DNA from: a virus | DNA length: 64,000 bases | Virus record (IMG/VR): IMGVR_UViG_3300045988_042533 | Coordinates: 30,905-94,904 of that record | Strand: one strand, 5' to 3' | Shown here: positions 37,521 through 46,451 of the stretch, in pieces | How positions within the stretch are numbered: the first letter of the stretch is position 1 | Layout: every line of letters begins with the position of its first letter | The notes under the pieces: model-generated | The model's database searches: none | What the model was told of the DNA's origin: nothing | Seen by the model: only the letters and a program-made list of their open reading frames with translations | Position numbers and translations under genes: made by a program

Positions 37521-37805
37521 ATGAATAATTTCTTTCTAATTGAAGACCCTATAACAATATTTGATGTTGAATATATCGATGATACATTAGATGATATATC
37601 TAATGAAATTGCCGATAAAGAAGATTGGAACAGCTTTGATGATATGGATGATTGGCAAGAGCTTGACCCTGAGTTTGAAGAAGCTTATCAACAAAGAAGT
37701 TATCTAGAAGACATTGTTATAATGAAAACAGATATACCTATAGAAAAAATAAGAGATATGTCTGATGAAGAATTAAACGATATACTTGATAAATTAGAAT
37801 TATAA
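37521..37805 (+). CDS. Highly acidic small protein (94 aa; DNA-mimic/anti-restriction candidate)
   Basis: Hand count gives 32 D/E versus 6 K/R. Early-arm position. Confidence 0.55.
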   Translation: MNNFFLIEDPITIFDVEYIDDTLDDISNEIADKEDWNSFDDMDDWQELDPEFEEAYQQRSYLEDIVIMKTDIPIEKIRDMSDEELNDILDKLEL

Positions 37806-37823
37806 ATAAAACAAATAAAGACA

Positions 37824-38057
37824 TTGATTATGATTAATGAAGAGAAAAACAAACTGTTTTATAAGACATTAGCGATGCTAATTGTTGGTACTGTAAGTAT
37901 AGTTATTGTACTACTTATAATAAATGATATATGTTGTAGTATTTTTCCTACTATAAGTAATCCTATTATAGTTTTTACTATAGTAGTTCTATTTACTACT
38001 GTAGGATTAAACTGCTTAATATCATTTGTAAAACTTTGGAACAAGTTATTCTTATAG
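37824..38057 (+). CDS. Small membrane protein (2 TM)
   Basis: LAMLIVGTVSIVIVLLII and IIVFTIVVLFTTVGLNCLI. Confidence 0.5.
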   Translation: MIMINEEKNKLFYKTLAMLIVGTVSIVIVLLIINDICCSIFPTISNPIIVFTIVVLFTTVGLNCLISFVKLWNKLFL

Positions 38058-38077
38058 ATTTATTCTTTTATCTTATA

Positions 38078-38113
38078 ACTCCTAATGATAGTATTTAAAC
38101 TATTGTTAGGAGT
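38078..38113 (+). terminator. Intergenic hairpin
   Basis: ACTCCTAA(TGATAGT)...(ACTATT)GTTAGGAGT. No T-run. Confidence 0.35.
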
Positions 38114-38159
38114 ATAATTTATAATCAATTTATTAATAACAATTTTAAAACTTTTAATT

Positions 38160-38657
38160 ATGGAAACTCAGAAAGTATTGAGCCAGCTGATGGCAGTTAA
38201 AGAGAATGAGAACGTAAAGGACTTGGTGGTTCGCAACATTAATACCAAGGACATGTCTACATGGACAAGAGTAAGTGTAACTCTTGATAAACCTGTTAAG
38301 GGCTATGTTGTAGACCAAGAGACTGGTGAATATGTTATTGGTACTACTAATGTTATATATGTTAGTACTTTCTCTCTTATAGCAGCTATGAGAGAGAATC
38401 CTGACCTTGCCTTTGCAGGTAATCATTTGATTGAGCATCCTACGGCTATTGGAGTAGTCTTTAGTGGTGCTAAGATTGATGTTATTCTTGAAAAGGTAAC
38501 AGAAAATCAGGAATATAAGAATCCATTTAGTGATAATGCTGTTGATTCAATTATTGAGCATGATAACTATTTTGCTCATATCTATAACATAAGACTCTCT
38601 GAAAGAGGTCTTAAAATGATAGATAAGATAGCAGATAAGATGCTTGGATTCGATTAA
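38160..38657 (+). CDS. Hypothetical early protein (165 aa)
   Basis: ORF track. Same length as 36244..36741 and shares a TGEY(I/V)I motif. This is weak evidence for paralogy. Confidence 0.6.
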   Translation: METQKVLSQLMAVKENENVKDLVVRNINTKDMSTWTRVSVTLDKPVKGYVVDQETGEYVIGTTNVIYVSTFSLIAAMRENPDLAFAGNHLIEHPTAIGVVFSGAKIDVILEKVTENQEYKNPFSDNAVDSIIEHDNYFAHIYNIRLSERGLKMIDKIADKMLGFD

Positions 38658-38666
38658 TATATTATT

Positions 38667-38712
38667 GTGCTAGTGATGCTAATATTAATATTGGTATTAC
38701 TAGCACTTTAAT
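38667..38712 (+). terminator. Hairpin terminator after 38160..38657
   Basis: GTGCTAGTGAT / ATTACTAGCAC (one G-U), followed by TTTAAT. Confidence 0.45.
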
Positions 38713-38746
38713 AAAACATGTATAACAAATAAACATTATAAAGATT

Positions 38747-39163
38747 ATGATGTACTTTTTTAAATCGTCTCATAAGGATGAGACTAGAAGTCAGATAAGC
38801 GTTCTTAGTAATAGTTTTGAACAAGCTCTTATAAGAGTTAGTCAATATTTTACTAACAAAGGGTTTATTGGAAAACCTATACAAATTAGTTTTATTATTG
38901 GTGCACTTATGTGTATCAGTAGTATTAATTGTTATGCTGCTAAGAATGATACTCTTGCAGTAAATAATAATCTTATAACTAAGGTTATTAAACATAAAAC
39001 TACTAATACAAAAGGTAAAGAAATAATCAAATACTATTTTGTTTATAATGGTAATCTTATATCTACATCAAAGACTGTTGTAGATAAGTACGAGCTTGCA
39101 AAAGCTTATGATGTAAGAATTGCTCTTATTATTATTAAAAATAGAAGAATTGCTTTGAACTAA
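38747..39163 (+). CDS. Hypothetical protein with an internal signal-like hydrophobic segment (138 aa)
   Basis: ISFIIGALMCISSINCYA hydrophobic stretch. The start codon is uncertain. Confidence 0.45.
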   Translation: MMYFFKSSHKDETRSQISVLSNSFEQALIRVSQYFTNKGFIGKPIQISFIIGALMCISSINCYAAKNDTLAVNNNLITKVIKHKTTNTKGKEIIKYYFVYNGNLISTSKTVVDKYELAKAYDVRIALIIIKNRRIALN

Positions 39164-39212
39164 TTCATTTAATAGTTATCTTTGTTCATGTTAAATAATA
39201 AATAATATCAAT

Positions 39213-39365
39213 ATGAATGAAGATAACTTTATAGATGAATTTTCTCTCGATGAAGTAGAGGTTGATAATGATTGTATATCTGATGATATAGATGATTATG
39301 ACCTTTATGGTGAAAGAATGGTTGGTGATGATAAGGAATCATATACTAATATTGAATTTGAATAA
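39213..39365 (+). CDS. Very acidic 50-aa ORF
   Basis: Absent from the track (<60 aa). Hand translation MNEDNFIDEFSLDEVEVDNDCISDDIDDYDLYGERMVGDDKESYTNIEFE, with 20 D/E versus 2 K/R. Confidence 0.35.
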   Translation: MNEDNFIDEFSLDEVEVDNDCISDDIDDYDLYGERMVGDDKESYTNIEFE

Positions 39366-39386
39366 CAATATAACAAAAGACTTATT

Positions 39387-39794
39387 ATGAGTAAAAATAA
39401 TCCTACTAAAGCTGAGAAGTGTAGAAGTACTAAACTCAGCAAATGCGATGTTTCAACATTAGTTGGCATCATCCTTAGAAAAGATGCTAAGGAAAAGAAT
39501 TTAAATGACAAAGTTAAAGCAACTACTAATGAGAATAATATTCTCCATGAAACTGTAGCTGGTTTAACAAATAAAGTTGATTCTCTTGAAAAACAACTTA
39601 AAACATTTAATGCTATATTTGCTACTAATAAGCAAATACTTGAATCAACTAAGACGGATAATAAACGTCTTACAGAACACATAAGTGAACTAGCTTTCAA
39701 TTATAGTAAAGCTAGACATAAAGCTATGTATATGTATATAATAAGTGTTATACTTATTAATATAGCATGGATAATATTTGCATGTGTACAGTAA
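39387..39794 (+). CDS. Coiled-coil protein with C-terminal TM anchor (135 aa)
   Basis: C-terminal YMYIISVILINIAWIIFACV. Confidence 0.5.
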   Translation: MSKNNPTKAEKCRSTKLSKCDVSTLVGIILRKDAKEKNLNDKVKATTNENNILHETVAGLTNKVDSLEKQLKTFNAIFATNKQILESTKTDNKRLTEHISELAFNYSKARHKAMYMYIISVILINIAWIIFACVQ

Positions 39795-39890
39795 TAATTT
39801 TTTTCATCTTACTAAAATTTAATTTTTGTGCCGCTATTGCTTGTGAAAGTAGTAGCGGTTTTATTTATAAACTAATTAAAGAAGACAATT

Positions 39891-40211
39891 ATGAAAAAGA
39901 ATATAATTTTAATAATAGTATGGATTGTATTAGTATGTGCTGGAATAATTATTTATTTTCAGCATAAAACTATAATTGAACAACATAGTACTATAAATGA
40001 ACAGCGTAACACTATAAATGATTTTAAATCATATTATAATGCAACTGAAGATTTGTTAGAAAGTATTGATTCTGATATAAATATATCAGATACTTATATG
40101 TGTGGTGATATAGGTGCTGATTATTTCTATGCTGTCAGTAAAATAAATGATAGTATTAGAGTTAAGACATCTGATTATAAACCTATAAACAATCACTATT
40201 ATGGAGAATAA
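39891..40211 (+). CDS. N-terminally anchored small protein (106 aa)
   Basis: N-terminal TM IILIIVWIVLVCAGIIIYF. Confidence 0.5.
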   Translation: MKKNIILIIVWIVLVCAGIIIYFQHKTIIEQHSTINEQRNTINDFKSYYNATEDLLESIDSDINISDTYMCGDIGADYFYAVSKINDSIRVKTSDYKPINNHYYGE

Positions 40212-40374
40212 ATCTTCTGATAAACTTCTTGATGTTTTTCTTAATAATAGACATCAACTTCCTAATCCTCCTGATGTTGTAGAACTTCCTGATGATGTTC
40301 TAAAAGACATTTGGGAAGACCACGAAGCTGACTACTGGGTATCATATAATAAAGAGAATCCAGTAGACCTATAA
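40201..40374 (+). CDS. 57-aa ORF overlapping the previous stop
   Basis: Hand translation MENKSSDKLLDVFLNNRHQLPNPPDVVELPDDVLKDIWEDHEADYWVSYNKENPVDL. ATG lies inside ..TATGGAGAATAA. Confidence 0.4.
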   Translation: MENKSSDKLLDVFLNNRHQLPNPPDVVELPDDVLKDIWEDHEADYWVSYNKENPVDL

Positions 40375-40383
40375 TATTTCTTT

Positions 40384-40470
40384 TCTGCCGGCTTCAAATC
40401 AATTTGACGATATATTTATCAGATAAGAGATTTGAAGCATTTATATTGAATTTTCAAAAAATTAAATAAA
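40384..40470 (+). repeat. Intergenic cassette, copy 1 (hairpin plus ATTGAATTTTCAAA..AATTAAATAA box)
   Basis: TCTGCCGGCTTCAAATC...GATTTGAAGC stem (40391-40400/40429-40438), then ATTGAATTTTCAAAAAATTAAATAAA. Confidence 0.6.
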
Positions 40471-40566
40471 CAACGTATATCTTCTAGCAAGTGTAGTTTA
40501 TACTACGGCTTATGGTGCGAAACCAGCTAGAAGAACTAAAGTAGAAGATAATATAACTCATAACCT

Positions 40567-40584
40567 CTTCTACGGGGGAGTTAG
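40567..40584 (+). promoter_or_regulatory. GC-rich motif copy (CTTCTACGGGGGAGTTAG), 65 nt upstream of ATG 40650
   Basis: Co-oriented with the rightward genes. Follows a 9-bp hairpin (40480-40488/40526-40534). Confidence 0.4.
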
Positions 40585-40649
40585 TACTGCCCTTAATCGT
40601 AAGTGTACTAATGTTACTAATATTATTAATAATTTAAATTTACTGTAAA

Positions 40650-40955
40650 ATGGCAAAGAAACATGATGAAAGTAAGGATTTGTTTAGAGTATCTAAAGTT
40701 TGTGGTATTGACTATAACGACAAACTCATAAGAGTTCGTGACAAATCTAGAATTGGTATCAAAACATGGGGAAGAATTGATTTTCTTGTTCATTATTGTA
40801 ACTGGCGTTGTATATATGATAGAACAGCTGCAATAAGTGATAGGTCTGATGAATCTAATAAGAGTTATAGAGAAATCAAGAAAGAAAATAAACAACGTAA
40901 GTTAACTGATAAACGTGATGGAAATAAGAGGTCTAAAGCTAAAGCTCAAGGTTAA
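40650..40955 (+). CDS. Basic small protein (101 aa), possibly nucleic-acid binding
   Basis: K/R-rich C-terminal third (KKENKQRKLTDKRDGNKRSKAKAQG). Confidence 0.5.
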   Translation: MAKKHDESKDLFRVSKVCGIDYNDKLIRVRDKSRIGIKTWGRIDFLVHYCNWRCIYDRTAAISDRSDESNKSYREIKKENKQRKLTDKRDGNKRSKAKAQG

Positions 40956-41427
40956 TAAACCTAAAGCTAAACCTAAACGTTTAAATAGTAAAACTAGCAC
41001 CCCCGTAGAAGAATGTTATAAGCGTGTATCTCTACTTGTTGTTGGTACTGTTGTTTATAAAGATAATTCTTATTATGCTCATATATCTAAAGATGATTTA
41101 GATGGTAGATTATATCCTAATTCTACTATACCTATTGAAATCAAAGATTATGAGATTCCTTTTACTGATGATAGTTACAATCTTAGATATAGAAATGTTA
41201 TATTTGAACGTGGTAAAAAGCTTGTATGTTATATATTAAGTTTGTTTACTGCTTCGATTAATAGTTCTTATTCTGATAGATATGTACCTTTTAGTCCTAA
41301 TTGGTATATAATTGGAAATATTGTAAGTAATGGTACTAAACTTAAATTTGAATTTAAACGTTTAGGTAATCGAATTGATATTAATGAAAGAATTAAAAAA
41401 GATGATATAAATGATTATGAAGAATGA
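40915..41427 (+). CDS. Hypothetical protein (170 aa)
   Basis: ORF track. 41-nt overlap with the previous ORF. Carries an antisense copy of the GC-rich motif (STPVEEC). Confidence 0.5.
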   Translation: MMEIRGLKLKLKVNKPKAKPKRLNSKTSTPVEECYKRVSLLVVGTVVYKDNSYYAHISKDDLDGRLYPNSTIPIEIKDYEIPFTDDSYNLRYRNVIFERGKKLVCYILSLFTASINSSYSDRYVPFSPNWYIIGNIVSNGTKLKFEFKRLGNRIDINERIKKDDINDYEE

Positions 41428-42899
41428 CAACTATAAGATTAAATGAAGCTAGTAAAGCTAATCTTAGAGATAGTTCTGAAATTACTAATTTTACAGACGA
41501 CCAACGTAAAGCTTATTTTGAACTTATAAGTTTTATTAATGAGCCTTATAATCCTAATGATTGGAAACGTGCTCTTGTTGGTCCTGGAGGTGTTGGTAAA
41601 ACTTATCTTGTAAGAACTATTATTAAGAATTGTAATATTTCTTATTCTATGATTGGTCTTGCTACTCCTACACATAAAGCTTGTAGAGTTCTTAGAACTT
41701 CTCTAGGTTCAGATGTTAGTAGTAAGGTAAATACTCTTCAATCAGATTTAGGTCTTAGACTTAATTTTGATGTTGAAAAGTTTGATATTAATAATCCTCC
41801 GTTTGACCCTAAGAGTAAACCTAAAATAGATGAATATCAACTTTATATAGTTGATGAAGCATCTATGATTAATAGAGGTTTAAGTACTTATCTTGAACGC
41901 AAATTAAAAGAAAATAGGATTAAACTTATTTATATTGGTGATGACCATCAATTAGCACCTGTAAATGAGAAATTCAGTCCTGCTTTTAAAAGTATCAAAA
42001 CTCATAAACTTACTCAAATTGTAAGACAAGAAGAAGATAATCCTCTTATACCATTACTCGATATGCTTAGAAAAGATATAGATAATAAATCTTATAATTT
42101 TCTTAGTTATATAAGTAGAGTTAAAGAAGTATTTGATGAAACTAACACTAAAGGTTTTAGAGTTTTAAAAGGTGATGATTTTGGTAAAGAAGTTATTACT
42201 CAATTTTCAGACCCTCAGATAACTATTAATACTGATAGTGTTCGTATTCTATCTTACACTAATATGTGTGTTTCTAGTTGGAATAAGTTTATTCGTGAGA
42301 TTATAATTAAAGATGGTGAAAAATCAGTTATAACTAATAATGATTTGATAACATCTTATACAACTATAGTTGATGAATTTAATTCCATCATAATTAGAAA
42401 CAGTGAAGACTATATTATAAATGATATTGTAAACTATAATCATCCTACTTATAAAATTAAAGGTTTTATGATTAAATTTCAAGCCATTCATGGTGGTGAA
42501 ATAGCTAAACCTTTATTTGTACTTGACCACACTGATAGATTTAGTGTGCAAATGTATATGAAATTAAGTAATAGTCTTATAGAACATGCTAAATCTGCTA
42601 GAAGAAATATGAGAGCTGCTGCATGGAAAGAATATTATAAGTTTAAAGAAGGTTGTCTTCTTGCAACAAATATTGTTCGTACTAATGGAGAAGTTCTTTA
42701 TTCTAGAGATTTAGATTATGGTTTTGCTCAAACTGTTCATAAGTCTCAGGGTAGTACTTATGATAATGTTATGATTGATGTTAACGATATTGTTTATGAT
42801 AAGAATGGTCGTCCTTATACAGATGTTGTTGAAACAAATAAGCGTTTGTATGTAGCTTTATCAAGAGCAAAATACAAGGCGTTTCTAAAGTTTGGATAA
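41424..42899 (+). CDS. SF1 DNA helicase (Dda/RecD/Pif1-like)
   Basis: Walker A GPGGVGKT, Walker B YIVDEASM, and C-terminal motifs QTVHKSQGSTYD and LYVALSRAK. Confidence 0.85.
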   Translation: MTTIRLNEASKANLRDSSEITNFTDDQRKAYFELISFINEPYNPNDWKRALVGPGGVGKTYLVRTIIKNCNISYSMIGLATPTHKACRVLRTSLGSDVSSKVNTLQSDLGLRLNFDVEKFDINNPPFDPKSKPKIDEYQLYIVDEASMINRGLSTYLERKLKENRIKLIYIGDDHQLAPVNEKFSPAFKSIKTHKLTQIVRQEEDNPLIPLLDMLRKDIDNKSYNFLSYISRVKEVFDETNTKGFRVLKGDDFGKEVITQFSDPQITINTDSVRILSYTNMCVSSWNKFIREIIIKDGEKSVITNNDLITSYTTIVDEFNSIIIRNSEDYIINDIVNYNHPTYKIKGFMIKFQAIHGGEIAKPLFVLDHTDRFSVQMYMKLSNSLIEHAKSARRNMRAAAWKEYYKFKEGCLLATNIVRTNGEVLYSRDLDYGFAQTVHKSQGSTYDNVMIDVNDIVYDKNGRPYTDVVETNKRLYVALSRAKYKAFLKFG

Positions 42900-42922
42900 G
42901 CGTAGACCTACATTCCTTTAGT

Positions 42923-43008
42923 TCTGTCGGCTTGAATGTCTTTAGCTGATTAATCTATAAGTAAACACATTTAAGCTCCTCAGATTGAATTTTCAAATAA
43001 TTAAATAA
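42923..43008 (+). repeat. Intergenic cassette, copy 2
   Basis: TCTGTCGGCTTGAATGT...ACATTTAAGC stem with compensatory changes relative to copy 1, then ATTGAATTTTCAAATAATTAAATAA. ATG 43026 follows after 17 nt. Confidence 0.6.
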
Positions 43009-43025
43009 CTATTAATATTAAAGAT

Positions 43026-43280
43026 ATGTGTCAAGAAGAAATAAAACATGAAGTTGCTGAAACTAAAAAGTGTTCTGTTTGCGGCGAAGTTTTACCATTA
43101 GATATGTTTACAAGACGTGGTGCAGGTAGAGAAAATATTTGTATCAAATGTAAACGTAAACAAAGTGGTCAATCTGAAGCTTTAGCTCAATTTACTCCTA
43201 GAGAGTTGATTGAAGAACTTAAAGCTAGAGGTTATAAAGGTAAACTTACATATACTATTGTTAAAACTTTAAATATATAA
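43026..43280 (+). CDS. Zinc-ribbon small protein (84 aa)
   Basis: CSVCG...N21...CIKCK (two CxxC pairs). Confidence 0.55.
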   Translation: MCQEEIKHEVAETKKCSVCGEVLPLDMFTRRGAGRENICIKCKRKQSGQSEALAQFTPRELIEELKARGYKGKLTYTIVKTLNI

Positions 43281-43283
43281 ATT

Positions 43284-43631
43284 ATGAGTAAACGTAGAAA
43301 TAAATCTAAGAGTAATATTCCTAATCCTTATAGACTTAGGATTGATGAAGTTAAATATAACATTAATGATAAACGTATAGAATGTGTTATTAGATATGTT
43401 AATCCTATAACAAACAATTTACAAATATCTAAAGGTGTTGCTAATTGTAATCCTAAAGATGTATTTGATGTTGAAGTAGGTAAACATTTGGCTGAAGGAA
43501 GAGCTAAATACAACATGTATAGAGGATATAGAGAATACATAGATAATATGATGAATGATGTATTCATTAAATATGATAAACTTCTTAAAAGAGAAGCTGT
43601 GCATATCCAATATATTATAAATGAGTTGTAG
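43284..43631 (+). CDS. Hypothetical protein (115 aa)
   Basis: ORF track. The KGVANCNPKDVFDVEVGKHLAEGRA motif is common in small phage proteins of unknown function (from memory). Confidence 0.55.
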   Translation: MSKRRNKSKSNIPNPYRLRIDEVKYNINDKRIECVIRYVNPITNNLQISKGVANCNPKDVFDVEVGKHLAEGRAKYNMYRGYREYIDNMMNDVFIKYDKLLKREAVHIQYIINEL

Positions 43632-44169
43632 TAAGTGTCCTCTTAGGATGTTCAATAATAAGTGTTATAATCTACAACCTGTAGGTAATCCTCTGTATGG
43701 AAATGCTATTGTAGTTCCTAATGTAGATTATAACGCTTATAAGAACAAAGGAATGAGTTTTAGTAAGTATGTAGAAGTGATTAAAGACATAATATCTTCT
43801 ACGGGGGAGCTAGATGATTATTATGTTATTCCTCTTATACGTTGCAGACTTGCTAAAGAATGTCCTATAAATAGTGAAATATTAACTAATTGTTCTGCTT
43901 ATTTTGTTAGAGAAATAGCAAAATATAAACTTAGACATGTAATGCTTCTTGGTGATGCTGCTAAGTTTTGGCTTAACATAGATAATATAGGTTCTTATAC
44001 AGATTCTGTTATATGTGATTCTAAAACTAGAACTATATATAATGTTTCTTACTCTCCTTTTGTTAAATACATAGATGATAACAAATTTGAAGATTTCAAA
44101 GGTCATCTAATTAAATGGTATAATAGTATTAAAACAGGTATTTATGATTATGATATTATTAATATATGA
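43621..44169 (+). CDS. Uracil-DNA glycosylase family-4-like protein with divergent catalytic motifs
   Basis: Order CSKCPL ... GNAIVVPNVD ... YVIPLIRCRL ... CSAYFVREI...HVMLLGDAA ... VSYSPF parallels the family-4 UDG order CxxCxL / GExPG / N.vkCRP / C..fl / LG..A / HPS. GExPG and HPS themselves are replaced. Lies adjacent to the DNA polymerase. Confidence 0.5.
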   Translation: MSCSKCPLRMFNNKCYNLQPVGNPLYGNAIVVPNVDYNAYKNKGMSFSKYVEVIKDIISSTGELDDYYVIPLIRCRLAKECPINSEILTNCSAYFVREIAKYKLRHVMLLGDAAKFWLNIDNIGSYTDSVICDSKTRTIYNVSYSPFVKYIDDNKFEDFKGHLIKWYNSIKTGIYDYDIINI

Positions 44170-46442
44170 TTCGTAGTTGGGCTTATGATGTAGAGATATT
44201 TCCTAATTTATTTAGTATTACTTTTGTTAATCTTCAAGATTATCTTAAAGTATTTGCTGATTGTGGAACTGATGCTCTAACAGATAAATATAAAGTAAGT
44301 GAAATTAAAGATAAACTTGAAACAGTAGAAAGTAGAATATTTTATATAAGTGATACTGATGATTCTCAAATCCTTAAACTAGTTTCTTTTATAAATGATA
44401 TGGAAGCTAGATTTGATGATAATGGTAATCCTATTAGATATGACTTATTTGGATATAATAATCAAGCTTATGATGATATGATGATTAAAGCTTTTCTTAT
44501 GAACTTTAATCGTTATGATTCTTCTACATCTCTCATAAAGTATCTTTATGAATTAAGTAAAAAACTTATTTCTCTGCAAGATGATAAATCCGCATTATGG
44601 GCTGATAAAGAACTTGATTATATACGTAAGTTTAGACTTCCGTATGCTACTGTAGATTTGTTTAAAGTTTATGCTTTAAATAGTGCTGGAGTAAATATAG
44701 ATAAAGATGGTAATAGAAATAAATTTGGTAAAAGTCTAAAGATGGTTTCTATTAATCTTAAATGGCATGAACTATTAGATTTTACATTACCTCCTATTGA
44801 TGAAGGAGAAGCTGAAATTTATAGAAAGAAACCTAATTATAGAGGATTTAGTATTGAACAACTTAATGCTTTATATACTAATGACTTTGATAGATATGTT
44901 CTTCCTAAATATGTAGAGCCTATGCTTCATTATAATAAGAATGATGTTTATTTAGTATGTGAAATAGCAAGACAAAAACCTGAAGAAATAAAACTTAGAT
45001 ATAGTCTTGGTCATGCTTTTAATCTTAATCTATTGTGTAGTGCTAGAAGTAATATAGCTGATAGACTTTTATATAAGTTCTACTCTGAAATGAGTGGACT
45101 TAAAGTTGAAGCTTTTAAGAAACTTAGAACTGAACGTACTCGTCTTAGTTTTAATAAAATTATATTTCCTCATATATGCTTTAAAACAAAGCAACTTCAA
45201 GATATTCTTGAAGATATGAAACAAATATATATTTATCATACTAATAAAGATGCGTTTTGTAAAGAGTTTACTTTTTATGATACTACTTATACTTTAGCAA
45301 CTGGTGGACTTCATAGTCAAGATAGACCTGATGAACTGAAAAGCGTTGAAGGTAAATATACTTATATTCATTATGATATAAGTAGCTTTTACCCAAGTGT
45401 TATGGTTGCTTATAATATAGCACCTAAACATCTTAACCAACGTATATTTACGAAAATGGTTGATTATTTTAGAGTAACACGTATTAAATGTAAACATACA
45501 GCAGATGAAGTAGAACAATTTATCAAAGGCGTTCACAATAAGCTTAGTGCTGAAGCACTTAAAATTGTTATTAATGCTATATATGGTAAGTTTGGCTTTG
45601 CTGATTACTTCCTCTATGATAGGTTTGCTCAAATGCAAGTTACTATTAATGGTCAACTTATGGTTCTAATGGTTATTGAAGCTCTTGAACTTAATGGTAT
45701 TCATGTTGTATCAGCTAATACTGATGGTATAATTGTCAAATTACCAATAGATAAAGAAGAAGATTTTAAACGTATAACTAGTGAATGGTGCGCTCAAAAT
45801 AAACTTGAAGCGGATAGTGAACGTTATAAACTTTTTGTTGCTAGAGATATTAATAATTATGTCAATAAACAACAGAATAATAAACTTGAATATAAAGGTG
45901 CTCTAGACCCTAAACAATATATTAAAGATTTGAAGAAGGGTTATGATATGCCTATTGTAGCTAAAGCTGTTTGTGATTATTTTCTTAATGGAACTCCTGT
46001 TATAGATACATTAAAGTCTCATAATAATATTCTTGATTTTTGTAAAACTCAGAATGTTGGAAAGCAATTTGATGTAGTTTATGATAGAGTTATTAATGGT
46101 GAAGTTAGGACTATAGAAAGTCAACGTCATGTTAGATTTTATGTTAGTCTTAATGGTGTCATAATATATAAGAAACATAAAACAACTGAAGCTAAATCTG
46201 TTCTAGCTAGTGGATTACCAGTTACTATTCTTAATAGTTTAGATGATAAACCTATTGAGGAAAGAGGTATAGATTATAAGTATTATTATAATGAAGCTTA
46301 TAAGATTATAAATCCTATAAAACTTGGTATATCTCCTAATAGAAAAGGTGATAGTAATAAGAAACTTCTTAGTGGAAAAGTTATGCTTAAACGTAACTTT
46401 GGTTTGTATAATAGTTTATTTGATGATGAAACTAATGAATAA
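44166..46442 (+). CDS. Family B DNA polymerase with 3'-5' exonuclease domain
   Basis: Exo I YDVEIFPN, Exo II NNQAYDDMM, Exo III YNKNDVYL. Pol motif A DISSFYPSVM (DxxSLYPS), motif B KIVINAIYGKFG (KxxxNSxYG), motif C SANTDGI (DTDS-like). Confidence 0.85.
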   Translation: MIRSWAYDVEIFPNLFSITFVNLQDYLKVFADCGTDALTDKYKVSEIKDKLETVESRIFYISDTDDSQILKLVSFINDMEARFDDNGNPIRYDLFGYNNQAYDDMMIKAFLMNFNRYDSSTSLIKYLYELSKKLISLQDDKSALWADKELDYIRKFRLPYATVDLFKVYALNSAGVNIDKDGNRNKFGKSLKMVSINLKWHELLDFTLPPIDEGEAEIYRKKPNYRGFSIEQLNALYTNDFDRYVLPKYVEPMLHYNKNDVYLVCEIARQKPEEIKLRYSLGHAFNLNLLCSARSNIADRLLYKFYSEMSGLKVEAFKKLRTERTRLSFNKIIFPHICFKTKQLQDILEDMKQIYIYHTNKDAFCKEFTFYDTTYTLATGGLHSQDRPDELKSVEGKYTYIHYDISSFYPSVMVAYNIAPKHLNQRIFTKMVDYFRVTRIKCKHTADEVEQFIKGVHNKLSAEALKIVINAIYGKFGFADYFLYDRFAQMQVTINGQLMVLMVIEALELNGIHVVSANTDGIIVKLPIDKEEDFKRITSEWCAQNKLEADSERYKLFVARDINNYVNKQQNNKLEYKGALDPKQYIKDLKKGYDMPIVAKAVCDYFLNGTPVIDTLKSHNNILDFCKTQNVGKQFDVVYDRVINGEVRTIESQRHVRFYVSLNGVIIYKKHKTTEAKSVLASGLPVTILNSLDDKPIEERGIDYKYYYNEAYKIINPIKLGISPNRKGDSNKKLLSGKVMLKRNFGLYNSLFDDETNE

Positions 46443-46451
46443 TATAACAAT

